In this document: positions 16,112 to 23,563 of the stretch, piece after piece
How the letters are laid out: each line of letters begins with the position of its first letter
Position numbering within the stretch: position 1 is the first letter of the stretch
Assembly (NCBI RefSeq): GCF_003231495.1
Contig: NZ_PQWO01000011.1
Coordinates: 90,001-122,000, forward strand
DNA length: 32,000 bases
Direction: 5' to 3'
Source of the DNA: Acaryochloris thomasi RCC1774
GTDB taxonomy: Bacteria > Cyanobacteriota > Cyanobacteriia > Thermosynechococcales > Thermosynechococcaceae
Notes under the pieces: generated by a model
The model's database searches: none
The model's input: only the letters and a program-made list of their open reading frames with translations
What the model was told of the DNA's origin: nothing
Translations under genes and position numbers: made by a program

Positions 16112-17545
16112 TTACGATTGTGGAAGCTGCTCTTTTTGCTCTCGGTAGATTTCTTTAAAAAGACGCTGCTGCTGTTTATGCTCCACGATGGGAGCAGGGT
16201 AGCCACAGCGTTCTAGCTCAGCCGCCGAGACTTTTCCCGTGACCAGCTGCTTCGTCTCTACCGTCCGAACCTCGGGTACCCACTGACGAATGTACTCCGC
16301 TTCTGGGTCGAATTTCTGGGCCTGACTGGCGGGATTGAAAATCCGCAGTGGTTTCGGATCCATACCGCTAGAGGCGCTCCACTGCCAGCCGCCATTATTC
16401 GCCGCCAAATCGCCATCAATCAGCGTCTGCATGAAGTACTTTTCGCCCCACTGCCAGTTGATCACCAGATCTTTGACCAAAAAACTCGCCACAATCATGC
16501 GGCAGCGATTGTGCATCCAGCCTGTTTCATTGAGCTGTCGCATTGCTGCATCCACAATCGGATAGCCCGTTTTGCCTTCACACCAAGCCTGAAAATGCTC
16601 CTCATCGTTATGCCAAGGGAAGGTTTGCCACAGCGGTCGATAGGCCTGCTCCGCCAACTCCGGGAAATGGAAGAGTGCATGCTGATAGAATTCACGCCAA
16701 GCCAGCTCCTGCCGCCAAGTCTGGATGCCTTTTCGGCCTTCTTCGCTCCGGCAATGTTCTAATGCAGTTTCCGTCGCTGCCCATACGGTCCTGATGCCAA
16801 TGACGCCAAATTTAAGGGGGGCGCTCAGTGAAGAGGTGCCGACCGTGGCCGGGAAGTTCCGCTGCTGGTCATAGCCTTCGATTGTGCTGTGGCAGAACTG
16901 ATCGAGCAAGTTCTGGGCTGCATCTTCTCCTGGCTCCACGAAAAGAGGACGGTCCCAGGCCAAGCCCAGTTCAGATGCGGTGGGGAGCTTTATGGCTTCT
17001 GTAGCAGCGATTTCTGTATCGGTCAGCCCCCGAAGATTTTCTACAAGAGCGGCAGGCGTTGCCTTATCGTGTTGAATCCAATTGCGCCAGAAGGGGCCGT
17101 AGACCTTGTAGGGGCCACCTGAGCCGGTGAAGATTTCTTCCGGCGTGTGCAGGAGCTGATCCCAGAAGGTCTCGACTTTGATGCCTTGGTCAATGAGGGT
17201 GGCCTGGAGGTTGCGATCGCGACTTACTCCATAGGGCTCTACATCTCGATTCCAGAACACCGCCTTCGCATCTAATGCCTTCGCTAATCGAGGTAAACCC
17301 TCTGCTGGATCTTGATGCAAAATCAAAAGCTGGCTCCCAGCTTTTTGGTAGCGCTGCTGCAGAGACTGCAGGCAACCGATCATATAAGTAACCCGAGCTG
17401 GGGCTACATCATCTCCGTCCAAAATGTTGGGATCTAGGCAGAACACACCCACCAGCTTGGCCGAGTATTCCCGAGCCGCCGCTAGCCCCACATTGTCGGC
17501 AATCCGCAGATCGCGACGGTGCCAAAACAAAATTAAATCAGCCAT
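16112..17545 (-). CDS. phrA: Deoxyribodipyrimidine (class I CPD) photolyase
   Basis: Near-colinear similarity to the Anacystis nidulans photolyase as I recall it: ILFWHRRDLRIADNVGL, TGYPIVDAAMRQLNETGWMHNRCRMIVASFL, GDLAANNGGWQWSASSGMDPKPLRIFNPASQA. ATG 17545 (MADLILFW) is the sensible start. The ORF extension to 17620 would overlap gatD. Confidence 0.95.
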   Translation of the reverse strand: MADLILFWHRRDLRIADNVGLAAAREYSAKLVGVFCLDPNILDGDDVAPARVTYMIGCLQSLQQRYQKAGSQLLILHQDPAEGLPRLAKALDAKAVFWNRDVEPYGVSRDRNLQATLIDQGIKVETFWDQLLHTPEEIFTGSGGPYKVYGPFWRNWIQHDKATPAALVENLRGLTDTEIAATEAIKLPTASELGLAWDRPLFVEPGEDAAQNLLDQFCHSTIEGYDQQRNFPATVGTSSLSAPLKFGVIGIRTVWAATETALEHCRSEEGRKGIQTWRQELAWREFYQHALFHFPELAEQAYRPLWQTFPWHNDEEHFQAWCEGKTGYPIVDAAMRQLNETGWMHNRCRMIVASFLVKDLVINWQWGEKYFMQTLIDGDLAANNGGWQWSASSGMDPKPLRIFNPASQAQKFDPEAEYIRQWVPEVRTVETKQLVTGKVSAAELERCGYPAPIVEHKQQQRLFKEIYREQKEQLPQS

Positions 17546-17576
17546 ATCTCTATATGCAAAATATCCTGAAAGCTTA

Positions 17577-18374
17577 TTACGCTTTGCCGTAGCGATGCAC
17601 AATATACTGGTGAGCCGCAATCTCCTCAGTATCTGGCAGTGCTTTCAGCTTAATATTTTGATCCCTGTATTTACGGGTCAGCGCTAGCCAAATCATGTAG
17701 TCAGCGAAATGAGGATTCTTGGGCAGCATTGATCCGTGCATGTAGCTGCCAAAGACATTCTTATACCGTGCGCCTTCATACTGTGCCTCATGGTTGTTAC
17801 CAAATCCGGCGCGGGTGCTTGCTAAAGGCGCGACATTCTCCCCAAGATAGGTTTGGCCTGAATGATTCTCAAACCCCACCAGCGTCTGCGGGATTTCCTT
17901 TGGCTGCTCGTAGATGGTCTGAATCTCTGTATAGGTCTCGGACGGTAGCTCCACGACTAAATTGCCAATACAGCGGCCCTTCACATCTTTACTCGGAGCC
18001 TGGGTTTTAACATTGATAATTCCGAGTCCCTTAGTCTCTTGGTTATCTCCCATTAAAAAGGTATTGCCCATGAGCTGATAGCCACCACAAACGCCCAAAA
18101 AGACCGTTTCTGCCTCGGTATCAGCCCGAATAGTCTCTTGCTTGAGCTGATGAAAGTCATCAACCACGGCGAGCTGATCGTTATCCTGTCCGCCCCCCAT
18201 AAAGTAGATATCAGTTTGACCTGATACTGCAGAATCTCCGAGGTTCAAAGCATTGAGGTGACAGGCAATACCAAGCCATTCACAGCGTCGTTGTAGCGTC
18301 ACGACATTGCCCAGATCTCCGTAGAGATTGAGGTTGTCAGGATAAAGATGGGTCAGGGTCAAGGATAAGGTCAT
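17577..18374 (-). CDS. gatD: Lipid II isoglutaminyl synthase, glutaminase subunit GatD (CobB/CobQ-like GATase)
   Basis: Aligns along its length with S. aureus GatD: DNLNLYGDLGNV, the nucleophile Cys in GVCGGYQLMG, GFENHSG, and the His in YMHGSMLPKN. ATG 18374 (MTLSLTLTHLY) matches the S. aureus N-terminus. The ORF is open to ATG 18392. Confidence 0.9.
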   Translation of the reverse strand: MTLSLTLTHLYPDNLNLYGDLGNVVTLQRRCEWLGIACHLNALNLGDSAVSGQTDIYFMGGGQDNDQLAVVDDFHQLKQETIRADTEAETVFLGVCGGYQLMGNTFLMGDNQETKGLGIINVKTQAPSKDVKGRCIGNLVVELPSETYTEIQTIYEQPKEIPQTLVGFENHSGQTYLGENVAPLASTRAGFGNNHEAQYEGARYKNVFGSYMHGSMLPKNPHFADYMIWLALTRKYRDQNIKLKALPDTEEIAAHQYIVHRYGKA

Positions 18375-18412
18375 AGCTTGATGAATCTGCATTAATCAGT
18401 GAAAGATTGCTT

Positions 18413-18501
18413 CTTGCCTTCCAGATTGATAAGGGCAAAATTGAATCCTTTGCTTATCTCCTGCTTATCTCCCTCCAAAATTGGGGGGCTAGGAAGGCAA
18501 G
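18413..18501. repeat. 10-bp perfect inverted repeat flanking 69 nt, containing an 11-nt perfect tandem duplication and a CCCTCC/GGGGGG hairpin
   Basis: cttgccttcc (18413-18422) pairs with ggaaggcaag (18492-18501). tgcttatctcc occurs twice in tandem (18451-18461 and 18462-18472). A hairpin spans 18471-18488. The element lies in the murT-gatD spacer. Confidence 0.55.
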
Positions 18502-18557
18502 GGTAAAACTGTTGTATATTCCCGCATCCGTACACCGAAGATTGTGTCTAGGATAAG

Positions 18558-19889
18558 TTAATTCAGCATTAATCCCATCAGCTTACGAAACTCCAGCATG
18601 GAGGTGTAGGTTGGCATGACGCAAACGGTATCGCCATCGCCAGCCTTCTCAAAGGACTGAGCGATCGCAGACTGAATACTTTCCACTGTGCTGATGTTGT
18701 GATCAGATGCTGTGAAGGCATACTTGAGCCGCAGGTGCATATCCTTGGCCCGTACGCCAGTGCAGATCACCCAGTCAATATTGGCCTTGTTGAGCAGCTC
18801 TAGTTCGCTATCCCAAAGCCAAGAAACATCTTTACTATCAGCGGTGTTGTCATTAATAGCGAGAATTAGACGCAGGCGCGGAATCTTCCGCAACAGGTCC
18901 AAATTCAACGTAAAGCTAGCGGGATTTTTGATCAGCAGCAGTCGGTAGTTGATGCTTTTTTTACCGTCGGTTTTCACCAGCAGTTCACCCCGACCAAAGG
19001 CCGGTTCAAAGGCTTTTAGCCCCTGCATCAGCTTTTGATCATCAATGTTGAGCAGCTTACCAATCGTGATGGCGGTTAAGGCGTTATAGACATGAAAGAA
19101 GCCCGGTGAAGAAATTTGGGCATCGTCATACTGCAGGTCCTGGTTGCCGACGGTGCCCACCACATCAAAGCGGGTCGTCAGATCGTCGTTGATGCGGATG
19201 TTTTTTGCGCGAAGAATGTTGGTTGCGATCGCATCTGTATTCCGCGTCTCTCCCTCATAGGGCAAAGAATCGGTATATTCCGGTGGCAGTGATACGTAAT
19301 GCGTTTCATTTCCCAATCCATCAGCCAGTCGAGACGTGCGCGGGTCATCGCCGTTAACCACCGCGATCGCTTTTGGGCTCTGAGCAATCCCGTCCCGGAT
19401 ATAGGCTTCGGTGATATCAATCTCACCGTAGGCATCAAGCTGATCGCGGTACAGATTTGTCACCGCAATAATTTTAGGCTTTAGCGCTTTCGCAATCCGA
19501 GGTAGTGTAGCCTCCTCTACCTCTAGAACCGCATGGGTAAAGTCTAGGCTGCCTAAAAAATTAGCCTGCCGCATCAACTCCGATAAAATACCCTGCAGCA
19601 GGTTTGCCCCAGCACCGTTTCGCAGTAGCTTCACCTCTGGGGACTGACCGAGCAGAGAATTGAGAATCGTCTGCGTCGTCGTCTTACCATTCGTTCCGGT
19701 AATCACGATGACATTCGGAATTTGACTAATCAGTGCCTCAAATGCAAAGGGGAAGTACTGACTTACGATCAGGCCCGGCAGAGCAGTTCCTGAACCCCGC
19801 TTGCTCAACCTAAGACCCAAGACCAGCAGCCTAGAACTGACCAAAATAGGAACGAGCAAAACGCGCTTAAAAAGATTTGAAATAGCCAT
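18558..19889 (-). CDS. murT: Lipid II isoglutaminyl synthase, Mur-ligase-like subunit MurT
   Basis: P-loop ITGTNGKTTT, NLYRDQLDAYGE, FHVYNALTA and IKNPASF. The C-terminal DUF1727-type motif INDNTADSKDVSWLWD matches LNDNAADGRDTSWIYD in S. aureus MurT. Confidence 0.9.
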   Translation of the reverse strand: MAISNLFKRVLLVPILVSSRLLVLGLRLSKRGSGTALPGLIVSQYFPFAFEALISQIPNVIVITGTNGKTTTQTILNSLLGQSPEVKLLRNGAGANLLQGILSELMRQANFLGSLDFTHAVLEVEEATLPRIAKALKPKIIAVTNLYRDQLDAYGEIDITEAYIRDGIAQSPKAIAVVNGDDPRTSRLADGLGNETHYVSLPPEYTDSLPYEGETRNTDAIATNILRAKNIRINDDLTTRFDVVGTVGNQDLQYDDAQISSPGFFHVYNALTAITIGKLLNIDDQKLMQGLKAFEPAFGRGELLVKTDGKKSINYRLLLIKNPASFTLNLDLLRKIPRLRLILAINDNTADSKDVSWLWDSELELLNKANIDWVICTGVRAKDMHLRLKYAFTASDHNISTVESIQSAIAQSFEKAGDGDTVCVMPTYTSMLEFRKLMGLMLN

Positions 19890-20208
19890 GTTCTTTAAAG
19901 TTGTCCCTATTTTGCCCCACCTTCCAACTCACGCATAATACCGCAAGACCCCGAATGCCTTAAATTTTCTTGACGACTTAATAACGACTAGAGCCTTGCT
20001 GCCCGGCATCATTATTTTGCACATCAAAATCTCTAGTGAATTTAGAAATTCATGCGAATATCTGTGCTAGGGCGACGGCTACATAGCATATGCATCGGGA
20101 CAAGACGATTTAGCCCCAATACTCCGCAACGCAAGTTTTCCTTGTGCAGAATAAAACATTGGTTAGAATAGTGTCTAAGAATACGGACTTCATGAAACAA
20201 GTCCTCTT

Positions 20209-20214
20209 TATAAT
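20209..20214 (+). promoter_or_regulatory. Candidate -10 box (TATAAT) for the L,D-transpeptidase gene
   Basis: A perfect consensus hexamer 33 nt upstream of ATG 20247. There is no good -35. This is a hexamer match only. Confidence 0.25.
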
Positions 20215-20246
20215 GAGTCAATAGTAAAAACGTTTTCGTCTCCAAC

Positions 20247-20786
20247 ATGCGTTACAGTTTTATGCCTCTTGTGGGCAGTGCCATTATTGCAAGCCTACTT
20301 GTCAGTCATAGGATAGCCTTGGCTTCTGAAGACCTAGCTGTTGCACCGCTACCAGGCCTGCCCGAGTCGAGCAGTTTTCTTCCTGCTACCGAAGAACCGC
20401 AAATTTTGAAACTGAACCTCACAAAACGTCAGGTCACTATCTTTCGCAGCGGCAAGGCTTTCAAGAGCTATCCGGTTGCTGTTGGTAAAGATGGTTGGGG
20501 TACACCCGTTGGCGAGCACGAGATCAAAACGATGTACCGCAATCCTCCCTGGAAGAACCCTTTCAAAGGCGGCGTCATTCCCGGCGGTGACCCGGCTAAC
20601 CCTTTAGGAAAGCGCTGGATTGGTTTCTGGACAGATGACAAGAACTGGATCGGCTTTCATGGCACCCCCAACCGTGGGTCCGTAGGCCAAGCCGCATCCC
20701 ACGGCTGCGTACGGATGTACAACGAAGATGTTGAGGAGCTATACGAACTCGTAAAGATCGGGACTCCGGTGATTGTACATCGTTGA
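20247..20786 (+). CDS. L,D-transpeptidase (YkuD domain), secreted
   Basis: Signal peptide (…SHRIALASE) and the YkuD catalytic motif HGTPNRGSVGQAASHGCVRM. Confidence 0.9.
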   Translation: MRYSFMPLVGSAIIASLLVSHRIALASEDLAVAPLPGLPESSSFLPATEEPQILKLNLTKRQVTIFRSGKAFKSYPVAVGKDGWGTPVGEHEIKTMYRNPPWKNPFKGGVIPGGDPANPLGKRWIGFWTDDKNWIGFHGTPNRGSVGQAASHGCVRMYNEDVEELYELVKIGTPVIVHR

Positions 20787-20803
20787 TTTGCGCTTACAAG
20801 CCT

Positions 20804-21403
20804 CTAGCGATGCCAAAAGTCAGTGACGTCATAGCCAAATTCTGCCAGCATCTGCCGCAGCAAAGGTAAGCTGAGGCCAATGACATTACTGTGGCAACCG
20901 ACAATCTTATCGATAAAGAGTCCGCCATAGCCGTCTAAAGCAAAGCTACCGGCGCAGTGCAGTGGCTCCTGAGTCGAGACGTATGCCTCAATCTGCGAAT
21001 CGCTGATGTCAGCAAAGTAAACCTCAGTGACTTGGCAGCAGACTTGAGCCTGCTGCGCGAGGTTGAAAAGAGCATGGCCAGTGTAGAGGCGACCCACCCT
21101 CCCTCGCATCTGCTGCCAGCGAGCCACGGCGACTGCTGCACCTTCCGGCTTGCCATAAATTTGTCCATCTAACTGTAAAACGGAGTCACATCCAAGAACC
21201 AAGGCTGGCTCCTGAAGCTGACGTACGACTGTCTTAGCCTTGCCCAAAGCCAGAAACTCTACTAGCTCTTCTGCCTCTAACTGCTGTGCCTGAGACTCGT
21301 CATAATCACTAGGCTGCACCACTGGAGCAATGCCCACGCTATGCAAAAGCTGACGACGAGCAGGAGAGGCAGACGCAAGTACAAACCTCGGGGCGTTCAT
21401 CAT
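20804..21403 (-). CDS. maf: Maf-like nucleoside triphosphate pyrophosphatase / septum formation protein
   Basis: The N-terminal [14 protein letters not shown], then GCDSV, GKP, and the C-terminal GLSLPLL are typical of Maf. Confidence 0.9.
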   Translation of the reverse strand: MMNAPRFVLASASPARRQLLHSVGIAPVVQPSDYDESQAQQLEAEELVEFLALGKAKTVVRQLQEPALVLGCDSVLQLDGQIYGKPEGAAVAVARWQQMRGRVGRLYTGHALFNLAQQAQVCCQVTEVYFADISDSQIEAYVSTQEPLHCAGSFALDGYGGLFIDKIVGCHSNVIGLSLPLLRQMLAEFGYDVTDFWHR

Positions 21404-21452
21404 GACTTAACTCAACAGCCTCCAATAATCAGTCGCGTGGAATAGCTAGACC

Positions 21453-21475
21453 GATCGGCTTAACAAAAGCCGATC
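21453..21475. other. Perfect 9-bp-stem hairpin (gatcggctt aacaa aagccgatc)
   Basis: Seen directly in the sequence. It lies between the small ORF and maf. No adjacent U-tract on either strand. Confidence 0.4.
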
Positions 21476-21508
21476 ACAGAAACATTGTTTTGCCGTGACA
21501 TAGAATTA

Positions 21509-21542
21509 GTAAAGCGGCATAGGAAACCCTACACCGCTTTAC
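21509..21542 (-). terminator. Possible terminator hairpin after the small ORF (9-bp perfect stem, 16-nt loop)
   Basis: gtaaagcgg ... ccgctttac sits 39 nt downstream of the minus-strand stop at 21581. On the minus strand an A/U-rich stretch UAAUUCUAU follows, but it is not a clean U-tract. Confidence 0.3.
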
Positions 21543-21580
21543 TAAGCTCAAAAATCATTGAGAGTGTATCTCAGATGAAG

Positions 21581-21778
21581 CTAGTTCAAATTTTGTCGAG
21601 AAACGTGCTTCTCGAAAGTTGCCTGGGTTTGCTGCAGTAGCTCTTCCCGACTGTTGCCTGCTTGCGTCAAGGTCGGAACTAGGTTGCGGGCCTGTAGTGT
21701 CATATGAAGCTGCAAATGAGCGACATAATCACTCAGCTCTTCTCTGCCCGTTGAATTTGTCTGTGAATCGAGATACAA
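21581..21778 (-). CDS. Candidate small protein (65 aa), unknown function
   Basis: The minus strand reads ttgataAAGGAGaataccTTGtatctc. A perfect AAGGAG (21785-21790) sits 6 nt before an in-frame TTG at 21778. The product MYLDSQTNSTGREELSDYVAHLQL...NSREELLQQTQATFEKHV is hydrophilic and helix-like with two REEL motifs. No family recognised. Confidence 0.4.
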   Translation of the reverse strand: MYLDSQTNSTGREELSDYVAHLQLHMTLQARNLVPTLTQAGNSREELLQQTQATFEKHVSRQNLN

Positions 21779-21971
21779 GGTATTCTCCTTTATCAATCAC
21801 AATGTCGCGCAATCACCATAGCCAGAGTATCATTCAAGCTTTACACGGATAGTGCTTCGCAATATTCCGTAACCGTTGATGGCAAAAACAAACACAAAAG
21901 TTAACTTGACTTCAGCCCTCTAGTAAAAAATCTAAGTTGTTCTGGAAGTTGCTTTCGGTGGTGGCCTGAGC

Positions 21972-21999
21972 CGCAACAGCGTGAAATAGAGCTGTTGCG
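21972..21999. other. 9-bp-stem hairpin (cgcaacagc gtgaaataga gctgttgcg) in the gene-poor region
   Basis: Seen directly in the sequence. Function unknown. Confidence 0.35.
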
Positions 22000-22107
22000 C
22001 ACGGTCTTCACAATAAATAATGAATTGCTACAAAGCACTACAAAGAAGTGATGTTTCTTGAAATTTGCTTGAGTGTTGAATATCTACCGGACTCAAAATG
22101 ATTGCGA

Positions 22108-22113
22108 TAGAAT
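22108..22113 (+). promoter_or_regulatory. Candidate -10 box (TAGAAT) for the GNAT gene
   Basis: The hexamer lies 36 nt upstream of ATG 22149. There is no convincing -35. This is a hexamer match only. Confidence 0.25.
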
Positions 22114-22148
22114 AAGTTGTCTTAACCTACTGTCAACCTGTTGACGTT

Positions 22149-22658
22149 ATGGATCATCGACAAATTTGGTTCCGAGAGGGACTTAACGCCTTAGATACTC
22201 AATCGGCTCATGATTTAGTTCGTTCCGCAGAACTGAAAAAACTGTGTGATTTAATGCAGGTGGCTGCTTTCTGGGCTTGCGATCGCACCCCTCAAGATTG
22301 GGCCATCGCCCTCCGCTACAGTCGTCCGATCATCAGCGTGTGGGATCAAGAGCATTTGATTGGCTTTGCCCGCGCTACCTCCGACGGTATTTATCGTGCC
22401 ACTATCTGGGACGTTGTCATCCATCCCGACTATCGCGGTGAGGGACTTGGACGCAAGCTTGTGCAAACTCTGCTTGCCCACCCTCATATGAATAGAGTGG
22501 AGCGTGTTTCTCTGATGACGACCCACCATCAAAGCTTTTATGAGGGTATTGGGTTCGAGCAGAATGCCAGCACCACAATGGTGCTTTACCAGCACAATGC
22601 TCCGGCCCCGCTTTTGTCGGAGCAGCAGGTCTCTAACAGTAATTACGGCGCTGAATGA
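22149..22658 (+). CDS. GNAT family N-acetyltransferase
   Basis: Acetyl-CoA binding motif A: VVIHPDYRGEGLGRKLV (Q/RxxGxG/A type). The downstream FYEGIGF is typical of the GNAT fold. Confidence 0.85.
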   Translation: MDHRQIWFREGLNALDTQSAHDLVRSAELKKLCDLMQVAAFWACDRTPQDWAIALRYSRPIISVWDQEHLIGFARATSDGIYRATIWDVVIHPDYRGEGLGRKLVQTLLAHPHMNRVERVSLMTTHHQSFYEGIGFEQNASTTMVLYQHNAPAPLLSEQQVSNSNYGAE

Positions 22659-22699
22659 AACGTACGAGCTTTTGCAGGTAGAAGCTCATAAAGCAGTAT

Positions 22700-23551
22700 T
22701 TAAGCAGGGGCAAGTTCAAGAAACTGCTGCACCTGATCTAAATAAGTGGGCGCATCCTCTAGCATCGGGAAGTGGCCTGTTCCCGCAATTACACGGTAGG
22801 TTACCAACGGATTTAAGATTGCTGCCTGCTTACCCATCTCAGCGGTGATAATGCGATCAAACTCACCCGAGATCAGCAGCACCGGCATTTTAAAGTTGGT
22901 ATATTCCTGAGGCATTTCCAATGCAGCTTTCTTGCTAACGGCCTCCAGCATGGTCCCTAGCGCCGCATCATAGTCAGCCAGCACAAAATCTTCTAAGAAA
23001 GCCTGCCGCAGAGGAGCGGGAATCGAGCGGTGCAAAAAGCGGGCCATAAACATCCGATCAGCCCCCGGAATCTTGGTCAACCAAGCCGGACGGAACTTGA
23101 CGACATACTGCCCAAATTTATGAAACTGGCTGAAGGCAACCTCATCATATTCAAACAGGCCATTGCAGGTTAGAATCGCTCGGTCAACCCGGTCAACATA
23201 CTGATTCAAAAACAGAGCCGCAATGGATGCTCCCATTGAATGGGCATTGAGATACACCCGTTCAAGATCTAACTCATCTAAAAGAGCCGCAAGATCATCA
23301 GCATAGGCTTCTAAGTCATAGACATTTGGACCGAGGCCAGAAGCCCCTCGAGAACGCCCAAATCCCCGCTGATCGTAGAGCAAGCAATCGAAGTTGTCAG
23401 TCAATGCTGCGGCTGTGGACTGCCAGTAACGACCGGAGCCTCCCCAACCGTGCAGAAAGACCATCACAGGCTTGCCTGTCGGGTATTGCTCTCTAGAACT
23501 GACAACCCATTCAAAATAGTGAGGGATGTCGCGAACGTTGACGTAGGTCAT
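22700..23551 (-). CDS. Alpha/beta hydrolase
   Basis: HG oxyanion motif (VFLHGWGGSG), nucleophile elbow GxSxG (AHSMGA), and a C-terminal GHFPMLE histidine. Confidence 0.85.
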   Translation of the reverse strand: MTYVNVRDIPHYFEWVVSSREQYPTGKPVMVFLHGWGGSGRYWQSTAAALTDNFDCLLYDQRGFGRSRGASGLGPNVYDLEAYADDLAALLDELDLERVYLNAHSMGASIAALFLNQYVDRVDRAILTCNGLFEYDEVAFSQFHKFGQYVVKFRPAWLTKIPGADRMFMARFLHRSIPAPLRQAFLEDFVLADYDAALGTMLEAVSKKAALEMPQEYTNFKMPVLLISGEFDRIITAEMGKQAAILNPLVTYRVIAGTGHFPMLEDAPTYLDQVQQFLELAPA

Positions 23552-23563
23552 GAATAAATGGAG

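Noticed and set aside
17546-17620. N-terminal extension of the photolyase ORF (MRLTSILCIATAKRNKLSGYFAYRD) overlapping the 3' end of gatD.
   Set aside because: Homologous photolyases begin at the M-x-x-ILFWHRRDLR motif. ATG 17545 gives exactly that start and removes the overlap.
20042-20248. 68-aa ORF on the minus strand, upstream of the L,D-transpeptidase gene.
   Set aside because: It lies in the AT-rich promoter region and its composition is not protein-like. It would start exactly at the ldt start codon, and no ribosome-binding site is evident.
21619-21852. 77-aa plus-strand ORF overlapping the candidate small minus-strand gene.
   Set aside because: It has a TTG start without an SD and a Cys/Leu/Ser-rich sequence. 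The minus-strand ORF has the perfect AAGGAG-N6-TTG arrangement and a more protein-like composition.
21581-22658. The GNAT acetyltransferase plus the nearby small ORF as a GNAT-type toxin-antitoxin pair.
   Set aside because: The small ORF is on the opposite strand and about 350 nt away, whereas GNAT toxins pair with an upstream co-oriented antitoxin. The GNAT resembles ordinary housekeeping acetyltransferases.
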